DNA from: an uncultured Methanosarcinaceae archaeon
Lineage (GTDB): Archaea; Halobacteriota; Methanosarcinia; Methanosarcinales; Methanosarcinaceae
Direction of reading: 5' to 3'
Length of the DNA stretch: 64,000 nucleotides
Assembly (NCBI GenBank): GCA_963721455.1
Contig: CAVRJG010000039.1
Coordinates: forward strand, 160,001-224,000
Part shown: positions 10,637 through 20,988 of the stretch, in pieces
Layout of the letters: every line of letters starts with the position of its first letter
How positions within the stretch are numbered: the first letter of the stretch is position 1
Program-made: the position numbers and the translations under genes
The notes under the pieces: model-generated
Database searches by the model: none
What the model saw: the letters and a program-made list of their open reading frames with translations, nothing else
What the model was told of the DNA's origin: nothing

Positions 10637-11048
10637 CGAATCCCCTATGATTCAATGTAACACAAGAATAAGAAACTTAACTTAAGCTTTGAATGTAGTC
10701 TCAAAATCAGAGAGAAGAGAGCGAATTAAATTTGATGTGCATCATCAGGAGAGGGCAAAGAGAGAGAACAATCAGGTCAAAATTTATGACCGCGTTTATT
10801 AAAAATGCGGCAAAAAAAAATTCCCGACAAATAGCTTTTATAAGTTGTTAACTATAAAAAATCCGCATTCTAATGCAATCTTAAGGAGCTTGAGAATTGT
10901 TTTTACTACCACTGCTCTCATCCCTGCTTAGCGAGGTGAAAACAGAGATGCGGAAGGTATTGTCGAGTTCCTATACACGACCTATAATTTTTTAACCATG
11001 TTTCGAAACTCTGGATATTCTAGTCCGGGGTGTGAAACATTTTGGATT

Positions 11049-11066
11049 GAAAAGGTCTATATAATA
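11049..11066 (+). promoter_or_regulatory. Putative BRE/TATA promoter of mtaA
   Basis: GAAAAGG followed by TCTATATAA about 70-85 bp upstream of the start codon. Confidence 0.45.
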
Positions 11067-11134
11067 TTGTCAAGTAGACAATAAAATCGTAATAAAAATA
11101 AATATAGATCGATAATATTAAAAAAGGTATGACT

Positions 11135-12154
11135 ATGAGCGAATTTACATTCAAAACAAGACTTTTAGCTGCCCTTGAAGGCAAGCCCGTTGACAAAATA
11201 CCTGTTTGTTCCGTGACCCAGACTGGAATTGTAGAACTCATGGACGAAGTAGGAGCCCCCTGGCCCGAAGCCCACACAAACCCGGAACTCATGGCAAAGC
11301 TGGCAATCGCCAACCATGAACTCAGCGGACTCGAAGCTGTAAGGATCCCCTACTGCCTTACTGTTCTTGTTGAAGCAATGGGCTGTGAGATCAACATGGG
11401 TACCAAGAACAGGCAGCCATCTGTCACTGCTCACCCTTACCCCAAAGACCTCGAAGGCGCAGCCATCCCCGCAGACCTCCTGCAGAGAGGCAGAATTCCA
11501 GCCGTACTCGAAGCTATTAAGATCATCAGGGAAAAAGTAGGCCCTGACGTGCCAATTATCGGTGGTATGGAAGGCCCGATTACAGTTGCTTCCGACCTGA
11601 TAAGTGTAAAATCCTTCATGAAATGGTCCATTAAAAAAACTGACCTCTTTGAACAGGCTCTGGATCTCGCCACAGAAGCTGCAATCATTTACGCAAACGC
11701 AATGGTTGAAGCCGGTGCAGATATCATCTCCGTTGCAGACCCTGTCGCTTCCCCTGACCTCATGAGCCCTGACTCCTTCAAGCAGTTCCTCCAGGCAAGG
11801 CTGCAGAAGTTCTCCTCCAGCGTGGACTCCGTAACTATCCTCCATATCTGTGGAAACGTGAACTCTATCCTCAGCTACATGGCAGACTGCGGTTTTGAAG
11901 GTCTCAGTGTCGAAGAAAAGATCGGCAGCCCGAAGAAGGCAAAGGAAGTCATCGGAGACAGAGCAAGATTCGTAGGAAACGTCTCCAGTCCGTTTACCCT
12001 GCTGCCTGGCCCTATTGACAAGATAAAAGCTGAAGCAAAGCTGGCCCTTGAAGAAGGCGTCGATGTGCTTGCACCTGGCTGTGGGATTGCACCCATGACC
12101 CCCCTCGAAAACATCAAAGCCATGGTCGCAGCAAGAGACGAGTTCTACGCCTGA
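11135..12154 (+). CDS. mtaA: Methylcobalamin:coenzyme M methyltransferase (methanol-specific)
   Basis: UROD/MtaA family: PVCSVTQTG, RIPYCLTVL, Zn ligands ILHICG and LAPGCG; lies in the methanol cluster. Confidence 0.95.
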   Translation: MSEFTFKTRLLAALEGKPVDKIPVCSVTQTGIVELMDEVGAPWPEAHTNPELMAKLAIANHELSGLEAVRIPYCLTVLVEAMGCEINMGTKNRQPSVTAHPYPKDLEGAAIPADLLQRGRIPAVLEAIKIIREKVGPDVPIIGGMEGPITVASDLISVKSFMKWSIKKTDLFEQALDLATEAAIIYANAMVEAGADIISVADPVASPDLMSPDSFKQFLQARLQKFSSSVDSVTILHICGNVNSILSYMADCGFEGLSVEEKIGSPKKAKEVIGDRARFVGNVSSPFTLLPGPIDKIKAEAKLALEEGVDVLAPGCGIAPMTPLENIKAMVAARDEFYA

Positions 12155-12182
12155 GAAGGCACGAAATTTTCTTTATTTTTTT

Positions 12183-12248
12183 ACGGGCACATTCCGGAAC
12201 TCTAAATCTTTAGAGCTTCCGGAGATCCTCCCGTTTCGCATTTTTTTA
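12183..12248 (+). terminator. Hairpin plus T-tract after mtaA
   Basis: TCCGGAACTCTAAA/TTTAGAGCTTCCGGA inverted repeat followed by a T-run. Confidence 0.6.
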
Positions 12249-12449
12249 ATTTTACCAGGAGGAGCGAGCACTCCAGAGCGAGGCCCTGACAGGCTGTAAG
12301 CTGAGGAGGATCAGTCCTGACAAATGATTCAGTACAAATAGCTAAGATAGCTTATTCAGCATAATACTTATTGAAATTTATTAAATTAAAGAAATATCTG
12401 AAACGTACTGGTTGAATAAATCTTAAACTTTTTTGGAGGAGGTTAAGAT

Positions 12450-14069
12450 ATGAGAATAGGAGTCGCAATTGACCTGGGAACCAGCGGTTTTAGGGCCCAG
12501 AAAATTGACCTGGAAACCGGTGATATTAAGAAAACCGTCATAACACTGCGAAACCCCCTGCCTGGAGCAAACGTAATGGACCACCTTGACTTTGCAATCC
12601 ATTACGGGCTTGACAAGGCCCACGGGCTCTCGGCAACAGCGGTAAAAAATATCCTCACTGAACTGGGAGTAAACCCCGCTGAAATGGAAAAATTTTCAAT
12701 CTGCGGGAACCCTATCCAGCTTTCTATTTTTCAGGGAATCCCAATCGAAGACCTGGCATATGCCGGAGAGCGTAAAAAACAAAAATATCACATTGAGGAG
12801 CAGAACAGGGATGCCCGTATAATATCTATGGCCGGGATTGAGGGGTTCGAAGAAGCCAGCAACTGTAAACTGTTTGTGCCTCCTTCAATCAAGCACGAAG
12901 TCGGAGCCGATGCGCTTGCCCTTATTGTAAAAGCAGGGATGATCGAAAGTAATGAAATTGCGATTGCAACGGACTACGGCACAAATGCCGAAATGGCTCT
13001 CAAAGCAAACGGCATTATATATACCGGCTCGGCTGCCGCCGGCCCTGCTCTCGAAGGGCAGGAAATCGAATACGGGTCAATTGCTTCTCCTCACACAATC
13101 TGTGACGTGGAATTTGAGGGAGAAAACCTGCGCTGCTACGTACTCGACAGGGACATGAAGACCACCATGGGAGACCTTGTAAATCCTAAAACCGGAGAAG
13201 TGGTGGAAAAGGGAGAACTCACCGCAAAAGGCATCACAGGCACTGGAGTTATCGCCCTCATAGAAGCAGGCATGAGAAATAAACTGATTGTGCTGCCAAA
13301 GATTCAGACTTCGGAAGGCATTATCCACCTCCAGGACGGGATAAAGTTTACGAATAAAGACCTTATCGCAGCCGGAAGAGCTATAGGAGCGATCAGAGCC
13401 GGACATATTACTCTCTGTGCAGCCGCAGGCATAGAGATGGAAGACCTCAGGGTCGCTCACATGTCAGGAGCCGCAGGCACTTATATGGATGCTGCAAAAG
13501 CTCACCAGGTAGGGATGATTCCATATAGCGCAAGTTACGTCTCCCAGATAGGAAATACTTCCCTGATCGTTGCCCGGGAAATCCTGCTGTCCGAAGACAG
13601 GCTCTGGGAACTGCAGGCAATTGCAAAGGAAATACTGGGTACCCATGTAATGTTTGCAACCTCCGAGGCTTTTAAGGAAGCCTATTTGCTGGAACTTGCT
13701 TACTGGAATGAGGGAATGGCTTTCAAGATGCTCCAGAAGTTCCTGAAAAAGAAAAAACTCCCCATGATCGGCGAGCCTTCCCCTATTCTGAAAATTGACC
13801 GCCGGGTTGAAAGGGATATTCCTGAACTCGGAGAAGAAGGGCTTGAAGTGCTTGAGAGGGTCGGGACTTACCTTACAATGGTTATTGAAGACTGTGAAGG
13901 CTGCCATAAATGTGTAAAGGTTTGCCCGAACGGAGCCCTGAGAGTGGAAGAAAACGGGACCGTGAAAATAAGGACCGATCTATGTGACGGAGCAAACTGC
14001 CAGCGCTGCCTGCACGCCTGCCCTGATGACAGGTTTAAATGGGAAAACCTGAAAGTGGCAGGGAAATAA
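12450..14069 (+). CDS. Corrinoid protein reductive activase (RamA/RACE family; RamM-like)
   Basis: AIDLGTSGFR, NPLPGANVMDHL and TDYGTNAE ASKHA motifs; C-terminal 2x[4Fe-4S] region (CEGCHKCVKVCP...CQRCLHACP). Confidence 0.93.
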   Translation: MRIGVAIDLGTSGFRAQKIDLETGDIKKTVITLRNPLPGANVMDHLDFAIHYGLDKAHGLSATAVKNILTELGVNPAEMEKFSICGNPIQLSIFQGIPIEDLAYAGERKKQKYHIEEQNRDARIISMAGIEGFEEASNCKLFVPPSIKHEVGADALALIVKAGMIESNEIAIATDYGTNAEMALKANGIIYTGSAAAGPALEGQEIEYGSIASPHTICDVEFEGENLRCYVLDRDMKTTMGDLVNPKTGEVVEKGELTAKGITGTGVIALIEAGMRNKLIVLPKIQTSEGIIHLQDGIKFTNKDLIAAGRAIGAIRAGHITLCAAAGIEMEDLRVAHMSGAAGTYMDAAKAHQVGMIPYSASYVSQIGNTSLIVAREILLSEDRLWELQAIAKEILGTHVMFATSEAFKEAYLLELAYWNEGMAFKMLQKFLKKKKLPMIGEPSPILKIDRRVERDIPELGEEGLEVLERVGTYLTMVIEDCEGCHKCVKVCPNGALRVEENGTVKIRTDLCDGANCQRCLHACPDDRFKWENLKVAGK

Positions 14070-14153
14070 AAAGGTAAGGAAAGCTTATTGAAACTGAAAA
14101 ACGAATAAAAGGAAAGAGCAATAAGCAAAATGGCATGAGATGGAGGAGAAAAC

Positions 14154-15311
14154 GTGCAGGTCATTGTGGTGGGGGGCTTCCTGGGAAGTGGGAAGACCAC
14201 CACTATCATTAACATGGGCAAATACCTGGCAGAAAAAGGGAAAAAAGTTGCCATTATAGTGAACGAGATCGGGGAAGTAGGGATCGACGGAGACGTGATC
14301 AAGAGGTTCGGATTCGACACCAAAGAAATCACAAGCGGATGCATCTGCTGCTCCCTGAAAGTCGGGTTAAGAACGACAGTAACCCTTCTTGCAAAAGAAT
14401 ACAACCCCGATATCCTCATGATCGAACCCACAGGAATTGCCTTTCCCCACTTGATAAGGAACGAAGTCGAGCTCATGAACCTTGGAGAGCAGGTAAAAAT
14501 AGCTCCCCTTGTGACCCTGATTGACGGCAGCCGTTTCAAGCACCTGATGAAAGAGGTAAAAGAATTTGCTATGCGGCAGATCATAGATGCGGAAATCCTG
14601 GGGATAAACAAGGTAGACCTGATCGAACCTATCCGGCTTCCCATTCTTGAAGCATCTGTTCAGCAACTTAATCCGAAAGCTAGAGTAGTCCTTCTTTCAG
14701 GGAAGGACACGGGAGAAAGATTCGAAAAGTTCATGCGAATGGTGCTCCCGGAAATGGAAGAAACTTCTGAAAAAGCCCCGGAAGTTGCAATCGTAGAAAA
14801 ACCTGAACTCTCTGCTCCGCGGGAAACCGAAAGTTCAATCGAAGCCTCGGGAGTGGGCAGTTATTCTGCAGAATTTGCGGTTGAAAACGAAAACCTGAGC
14901 ACTGATGCTGCCAGGGAATTAACAACCGAATTAATTAACACAATAAAAGCGAAGGTGCTGAAGCTAAACCCTGAATTCGTAGGGCATATCAAGCTTTTCC
15001 TGGACAATGGGTCAGAAACCGTGAAACAGAGCGTTACTATATATTATGAAGAACCCCAGGAAGATATAATCAAATCGGAGGAAGGAGCTGTCCCGAAACT
15101 CAAGATCCTTTCAGCCGTCTCAAACGTTGAGAAGGGAGCAGTTAAAGATGCCGTAAACCGTTCGGTACAGGAAGTCTTTGAGAGAAAGAAAATAGAAGTA
15201 AATAAAACCGAACCGGGTCATGACCACGAACATGGGCATCACGAACATAACGGGCATAAGGATCAAGTGCACGTACAAAGGGTTTCGAATATTAAAGGCA
15301 GGAAAGATTAA
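14154..15311 (+). CDS. CobW/HypB/UreG (G3E) GTPase metallochaperone with His-rich tail
   Basis: GGFLGSGKTT P-loop, VNEIGE, GCICC, IEPTG and INKVD motifs; HDHEHGHHEHNGH tail. Confidence 0.92.
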   Translation: MQVIVVGGFLGSGKTTTIINMGKYLAEKGKKVAIIVNEIGEVGIDGDVIKRFGFDTKEITSGCICCSLKVGLRTTVTLLAKEYNPDILMIEPTGIAFPHLIRNEVELMNLGEQVKIAPLVTLIDGSRFKHLMKEVKEFAMRQIIDAEILGINKVDLIEPIRLPILEASVQQLNPKARVVLLSGKDTGERFEKFMRMVLPEMEETSEKAPEVAIVEKPELSAPRETESSIEASGVGSYSAEFAVENENLSTDAARELTTELINTIKAKVLKLNPEFVGHIKLFLDNGSETVKQSVTIYYEEPQEDIIKSEEGAVPKLKILSAVSNVEKGAVKDAVNRSVQEVFERKKIEVNKTEPGHDHEHGHHEHNGHKDQVHVQRVSNIKGRKD

Positions 15312-15361
15312 GACTAAGAAATAGAGGTGAGTAAAATGGAATGTTTTCCTCACCAGCTTTT

Positions 15362-15511
15362 TTAATTGATCTTCGTGGAGCGGTCTATATAATACTGAGC
15401 CAGTTCATTGCCCCATTCCAGGGCAACTGGAGTAAAACTCGTGAACTTCCTGTGATCGAATTCCCCGTCTTTTTCGAAGAGTTTCAGTAGCATTAAAGTT
15501 TCCGCAACCAT
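15362..15511 (-). pseudogene. 3' remnant (about 50 codons) of an Msr-family regulator (msrC-like by position)
   Basis: Translates MVAETLMLLKLFEKDGEFDHRKFTSFTPVALEWGNELAQYYIDRSTKIN*, matching the C-termini of the three intact Msr paralogs in this window. Confidence 0.85.
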
Positions 15512-15517
15512 TGCTGG

Positions 15518-15724
15518 AAACTTAATAATGAAAACATCAACCTTGTACTGATAGAAGACCGGAAATTTTGGTAATCAATCAAAGCCCACCATCAAAAATG
15601 TATTTTTGTTATCCACACCCGTAAACGGTTTTATTCCTCTATGACACCCTTCAATTTCACAGGCTTTTTTGAAACTGGGGCTGTAGCCTCTATTGTAGTT
15701 GCAATCGATTTGATACGACACTAG
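15518..15724. mobile_element. Probable truncated MITE/IS-end relic
   Basis: Non-coding segment abutting the msr remnant and ending GCAATCGATTTGATACGACACTAG, which resembles (from memory) Methanosarcina repeat termini. No partner TIR is seen. Confidence 0.35.
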
Positions 15725-15802
15725 TTGCTGGGTTTACTTTTTTTCTTCGAGTTGATTCACCAAGATCATCAATCTTAGGCTTACTGCCACCGCTAGCTGC
15801 TT

Positions 15803-16123
15803 TTATGCTGCTTCGAAGCCTAAGGTGAAGCCTCGCGCGAAGCCCTGGTTATAGCATATCTCGCAGGAAAGTTGACCAAGTTCCTGAATAGCTTTGTTCT
15901 TTATTTGACTTGGTTCTGAGTCTGGTTGGGAGTTTGATTTTTGTCCAGATTCTCTGTATTCTTTGCCAGCTATGTAGCCTGCCGCCTTGCCTGCCTTGAG
16001 GCCTTTTGCGTAATCATCTTCGTTTGAAGCGGCTGCTGTCGCAGCTATCACTGACACTAAAAAACAAACTGCCAGCAAAATAGCCAGTTGCTTCCTTATC
16101 TTTGAAAATGTTTGCCCTCCCAT
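15803..16123 (-). CDS. Small secreted protein with G-x-x-x-G helical repeats
   Basis: GGAGGTG RBS; signal peptide (IRKQLAILLAVCFLVSVIAATAAA); YAKGLKAGKAAGYIAG and YNQGFARGFTLGF repeats. Confidence 0.7.
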   Translation of the reverse strand: MGGQTFSKIRKQLAILLAVCFLVSVIAATAAASNEDDYAKGLKAGKAAGYIAGKEYRESGQKSNSQPDSEPSQIKNKAIQELGQLSCEICYNQGFARGFTLGFEAA

Positions 16124-16298
16124 AAATCTACACCTCCCAATTTTGTCAGTTTAATGCGCTTTTATACAGTTGATTTTTTCATCAGCTTGACTGCGAATAT
16201 AATCGGTCTTGTATAAGGTACCCATAATTATTTTAGACTTCATCCCCTACTACAATTACTTATAGTATTCTTATTTTATATTTCATTTTAATAAGCAT

Positions 16299-17072
16299 TT
16301 GCTATACAATGCAAAAATTTCAAATAAAAGCAACATTGAGAACATGGGCCTGCCCGGAATAGCCTTTGCCCCGATAGTGAATCTTGTGGATGCCGGATGC
16401 CTGAGCTCTGAAGCCGGAGAGCTGCAGAACTTTATGAAAAACCAGATCGGAGATGCTGAAATTCTCGGCATCAACAAGGTTGACCTCGTAGATTCTGAAA
16501 AGCTTCTGGAAATCTGCCTGCTCCTGCGCAGATTAAATTCCAGAGCAAGAATAATCCATTTTTCGGCCCGGCAGGGAGGAGAGGATCTTGGCAAACTGCT
16601 CGGGTTGATGGAAGAAACCAGCAGGGGTGAAATAATCCAGGACGAAAAAAACTCAATCAAAATGTCCGGAGTTTCGGCTTATTCATCCGAATTTGAAATC
16701 GCTTCACAGGAGATCTCCATCGAAACAGCGGTCTGTGTTTCCGAGCAGATTCTGGAAAGTATAAGAAATAAGGCAGAAGAGCTGAATTCCGAATTCACAG
16801 GCCACATCAAGCTTTCTTTCAGGCATCAGGGAAATCTTGTAAAGGGAAGTGTAACTTCTGCGCATAAAATCCCTGAAATGGAAGTCCTTAAAAAAGAAGG
16901 AAAATCTCAATCCAGAGTAAAGGTACTTTCTGCGGTAACGTCCGTGCCCAGGGATGAACTTATTAAAGCTGTGGATGAGGCAATAAGCAGACGTCTGGAA
17001 GAAAGGCAGCTGTCCTTCAAAAAAGTGGAAAGAAGCCGTCCAGGCTATAGCCAGGCAACAATCGTTTCTTAA
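16299..17072 (+). pseudogene. Second CobW-type GTPase paralog lacking its N-terminal ~110 aa (no P-loop)
   Basis: APIVNLVDAG, QIGDAEILGINKVDL, SGVSAYSSEF and FTGHIKL align to 14154-15311. GxxGxGKT, CxCC and EPTG are absent and upstream DNA is AT-rich non-coding. Confidence 0.8.
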
Positions 17073-17130
17073 GCCGGGAAACTTTGGAAGGAAGAATATT
17101 TCCGGTTAAGGACAGTCATGACCGGACGTA

Positions 17131-17243
17131 CAAAAACTTTATATACTATAAAAATGTCATCGACCCTTGCCCGAAAGAGAAGGCTCACATAAAGTGGTAG
17201 AGTGCTCTTTCAGCCGTCCGGAAAAACCTGGCTTCGGGTGGGC
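17131..17243 (+). ncRNA. Candidate small structured RNA (about 17169-17243) with its own BRE/TATA
   Basis: CAAAAAC-TTTATATA at 17131-17145; GCCC/GGGC, GAAAGAG/CTCTTTC and AGCC/GGCT stems; no credible ORF downstream. Confidence 0.45.
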
Positions 17244-18170
17244 AGCAGAATTCCAGACAGTTATCAGGAAGCTTGCTTAGGAAGAAATTAAAAACAGAGG
17301 CATGATAACCTTCCAGGGAAACAGTTTGACTCTATTTAAAAAAAGATGGAAAAACGGCAAAAAATCGAATTTAAATGAACTCATAAATAATTAAAAGATC
17401 TGAGTTTTGGAAGCTCTCATCCTTTTCCCATGGATAAATAGAAATTCAGGAGGTCAGGGAAAAAGCTGAAGAGGATATCCACCTCACTTGTGCGCTTTCA
17501 AAAAAGTATCTCGATCACCTTATTTTGCCTGCATCAAATATCCAGAGAAAAACAAATTCACTTGATAATCTCCAGCGCTCAAAATAAAAACCTTCACACC
17601 TTCACTCTCTGCAATCAAAAATATCCCTGAAAAGAGGATAATTGCCCTATAAATTTTGACCCCATTGTTTAAATTAAGGGGAACAAAAAAACACTTCTTT
17701 TTTATAAAATCATTTGCAGAGAAAAAAGGGAAGAGAATTATAAAATTATAGCAATGCAAAAATTAGCATCGGTGAAGGTATATGCAATTAAATATAACTG
17801 TGATCTGCAAGTGCGTTCCCGAATACCAAAGGGAATATACCTATCATAAGAAACTGGAAATAAAGGTCATTTTGAGCCAGGAAACGAAGGATAAGGATTT
17901 TCTGACTCCAATAACTCAAAATCCCCCTTAAAAGAACTTGAAAAACGATAAAATTGACCGATATTCAGCCTGTTGGCTGACCAGTACACCACCAGAAGGT
18001 TATCCAGACCCCACAATGGAAGGAATTCGATCTGGAGGTTTTCGAATTCATTGACATTGTATTCAAGAAGTGTCAGTCAAAAAAAAAGCCTGAAAACTTC
18101 AGGGAGATGCAACTTGCAGGATCAACGATCTGAGCAATCCGAGATCCTTTTACTAAATGGAGGTTAAAAT

Positions 18171-18947
18171 ATGTTGGATTTGAAATTGGAAGACATCGAT
18201 GGCATATTAGTACGCTACAACGTCGCCCTCGAAAAGGAAATGACCCCTGACGAAGCTGCAGAAGAGCTTTACCCCAAGGACGAACTCATCTACCCGATTG
18301 CAAAAGCAATCTACGAGGGAGAAGAAGATGACGTGGTTGACGCACTCCAGGCCGCAATCGATGCAGGCAAGAAGCCAATCGACCTTATAGATGATGCCCT
18401 GATGGTAGGGATGGGAGTTGTAACCCAGCTCTATGATGAAGGTATCATTTTCCTGCCGAACGTTATGATGTCCGCTGATGCTATGCTGAATGGTATCGAA
18501 TACTGCAAGAGTAAGACAACAGATGTTCCTGAATCAAAGGGGAAAGTTGTCTGCCACGTTGCAGAAGGCGACGTCCATGACATCGGAAAGAATATTGTTG
18601 CTGCCCTCCTGAGAGCAGCAGGCTACGATGTAATTGACCTTGGAAGAGATGTTCCTGTAGACGAAGTTATCCAGGCAGTTACAAAAGAGAAGCCGATACT
18701 GCTTACAGGTACTGCTCTCATGACAACCACCATGTATGCATTCAAGGAAATTAACGACAAACTCCTTGAAAAGGGAATAAAAGTTCCATTCGCATGCGGT
18801 GGCGGCGCAGTTAACCAGGACTTCGTGTCACAGTATGACCTTGGAGTCTATGGTGAAGAAGCTGCAGACGCCCCCAAGATTGCTGATGCGATCGTTGCAG
18901 GTACTACTGATATCGCAGCATTAAGAGAGGAATTCCACAAGCATTAA
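18171..18947 (+). CDS. mtaC: Methanol-specific corrinoid protein
   Basis: EGDVHDIGKNIV B12-binding motif, FLPNVMMSADAM and GTALMTTTM; GGAGGT RBS. Confidence 0.97.
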   Translation: MLDLKLEDIDGILVRYNVALEKEMTPDEAAEELYPKDELIYPIAKAIYEGEEDDVVDALQAAIDAGKKPIDLIDDALMVGMGVVTQLYDEGIIFLPNVMMSADAMLNGIEYCKSKTTDVPESKGKVVCHVAEGDVHDIGKNIVAALLRAAGYDVIDLGRDVPVDEVIQAVTKEKPILLTGTALMTTTMYAFKEINDKLLEKGIKVPFACGGGAVNQDFVSQYDLGVYGEEAADAPKIADAIVAGTTDIAALREEFHKH

Positions 18948-18961
18948 TGGGAGGGAGCAAA

Positions 18962-20347
18962 ATGGTAAATAAATACACTTCAATGGCTTACGCCAATGCA
19001 GACGACATGCTTTTCGGGAACGCAAAATTCCCGGTAAAGGCAGGCCTTGGCCTTGAGATCGGTGCAGGATACACAACCCCTGAACTGAACTACGCCCCGA
19101 GACCTCAGGCCGGCAAGTCCATGGAAAAACTTGTTAAGGAATACGAAAGGATCACCACCGACTCAATGGCAAGAATGGTCCAGATCGGTGCACCTTCCAT
19201 AGTGCTTGAAACCGAACACGTAGAACAGATGTCCAACAACCCCTCCTGGGGAGCAGCAGTTGCACATGCCCAGAAGACCATCATGGAAGAATACCATGAC
19301 GAATACGGCATAAAGTGTGCACTCCGCCACACAATCGGTGACATCCGTGAAGACCGTGACTACCTCCAGCTTAGAGGAGACAAGTACAACACCTTCATGG
19401 AAGCTTTCGAAGAATGCGCCAAAGCCGGTGCAGACCTGCTTTCAGTAGAGAGCATGGGTGGTAAGGAAGTATTCGACTACTCCATTCTGAGAAATGACAC
19501 TGCCGGTATGCTTTTCGGTATCGGTGTGCTCGGCAGCATGGACATGGAAATGATCTGGAAAGACATTGCAGCAATTGCAAAGAAGACAGGAACTGTTTGT
19601 GCAGGTGACACAGACTGTGCCCAGGCAAACACTGCAATGTTTATCGCAGGCGGTCTGCTTGACAAGAACCTTGCCCACACAACTGCAATCGTTGCAAGGG
19701 CAATCTCTGCAGCAAGGTCCCTCTGTGCATACGAAGCCGGCGCAGTTGGCCCTGGAAAAGACTGTGGATATGAAAACACCATTGTCAAATCAATCTCAGG
19801 TGTTCCAATTGCTCAGGAAGGTAAAACCTCAACCTGTGCCCACTCTGACCTGATGGGTAACCTGACCATGCAGTGCTGTGACCTCTGGTCCAACGAGTCC
19901 GTTGAATACCACGGTGAATTCGGTGGTACCACAGTTCAGTGCTGGTCCGAAACCCTTGCATACGACTGTTCCATGATGAACGTCGCCCTTCAGACCGGAA
20001 AAGGAAAGGACCTCAGAGACATTCTCATGCTCTCCGACAGGTTCAGAGATCCACAGGGATACGTGCTTGCCTACGACAACGCCTACAAGGTAGGAGAGGC
20101 AATCGCAAAGGACGGAAACAACAACTATCTCCGTGCAAAGAATGCCGCAATCGAATCCTGCAAGATTGTCGAAGAAGGTGTCAACTCCGGCAAGCTCAGA
20201 CTCACAAGGTTCGAAGCCAGTGCTCTTGCAAAGGTTAAAGCCGACCTTGTAGCCCTCACCGACGATGCTGACAAGTTCATGAGCGACAACCTGACCAAAT
20301 TCAAACAAGAAGTTGCAGTTTTCAGACCTGAAAACTACGGGCTCTAA
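18962..20347 (+). CDS. mtaB: Methanol:corrinoid methyltransferase
   Basis: ELNYAPRP, LETEHV, LRHTIGDIR, GDTDCAQANTAMF, GPGKDCGYE and DLWSNES motifs; GGGAGGGAG RBS. Confidence 0.97.
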   Translation: MVNKYTSMAYANADDMLFGNAKFPVKAGLGLEIGAGYTTPELNYAPRPQAGKSMEKLVKEYERITTDSMARMVQIGAPSIVLETEHVEQMSNNPSWGAAVAHAQKTIMEEYHDEYGIKCALRHTIGDIREDRDYLQLRGDKYNTFMEAFEECAKAGADLLSVESMGGKEVFDYSILRNDTAGMLFGIGVLGSMDMEMIWKDIAAIAKKTGTVCAGDTDCAQANTAMFIAGGLLDKNLAHTTAIVARAISAARSLCAYEAGAVGPGKDCGYENTIVKSISGVPIAQEGKTSTCAHSDLMGNLTMQCCDLWSNESVEYHGEFGGTTVQCWSETLAYDCSMMNVALQTGKGKDLRDILMLSDRFRDPQGYVLAYDNAYKVGEAIAKDGNNNYLRAKNAAIESCKIVEEGVNSGKLRLTRFEASALAKVKADLVALTDDADKFMSDNLTKFKQEVAVFRPENYGL

Positions 20348-20403
20348 ACCCTAAACTTCTTTTTTTTATTTTTTTACATAACTGGCGTCAGGAGAAAAAG
20401 ATC

Positions 20404-20988
20404 ATGAGCGAAAACGTAGGAACTGCTACCGTAATAGTCGACAAGACTGCAAACGCTGCCCCTCTTGGCTTTACCGGCCTGGGCCTTGCTGCAGTCCTGT
20501 TGAGTCTGAGCTACATCGGCGTATATCCCGTTGAATCAATGATAGTCTCTATGGCAATATTCTTAGGAGGATTCGCACAGGTATTTGCAGGAATTATGTC
20601 CTGGAAAAAAGGAGACGTTTTTGCAGGGACTGCATTTTCAGCTTTCGGCCTTTTCTGGTTTTCACTGGCCGGATTGATCATCATGCCCGCGCTCGGCTGG
20701 GCTGAAGCCTCTTCCGGAATCGCGATGGCCGCATATCTCTTCACCTGGGGTGCGTACACCTTTGTGATGCTGATTGTTACTATGAAGATCGGAGTTCGTG
20801 CCCTTCAATTTGTATTTGTTACATTATTTATATTGTTTATGCTGCTAGCCGTTGTAAACGCAACCGGAAATGCAGGATTACTTGTAGTAGCTGGATACGT
20901 AGGACTTATTATGGGCCTCGGATCTCTGTATACAGCCTTAGCCATGGTAATGAATGAAATCCATGGGAAAACGATTGCTCCGCTCTGA
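20404..20988 (+). CDS. Acetate uptake transporter (SatP/GPR1/FUN34/YaaH family)
   Basis: ANAAPLGFTG signature, GGFAQVFAG and FGLFWFS motifs; about six TM helices. Confidence 0.9.
   Translation: MSENVGTATVIVDKTANAAPLGFTGLGLAAVLLSLSYIGVYPVESMIVSMAIFLGGFAQVFAGIMSWKKGDVFAGTAFSAFGLFWFSLAGLIIMPALGWAEASSGIAMAAYLFTWGAYTFVMLIVTMKIGVRALQFVFVTLFILFMLLAVVNATGNAGLLVVAGYVGLIMGLGSLYTALAMVMNEIHGKTIAPL

Noticed and set aside
10784-10796. 13-mer TTATGACCGCGTT also at 21207-21219, both upstream of cation transporters
   Set aside because: One shared 13-mer is about what chance allows in this much sequence; it is non-palindromic and in different orientation relative to the two genes.
10900-10970. Potential hairpin in the ATPase/mtaA intergenic region
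   Set aside because: Pairing is weak and interrupted, with no second copy or covariation to support it.
17973-18167. 64-aa ORF in the mtaC leader
   Set aside because: TTG start, no SD and no recognisable composition; probably incidental to the 5' UTR.
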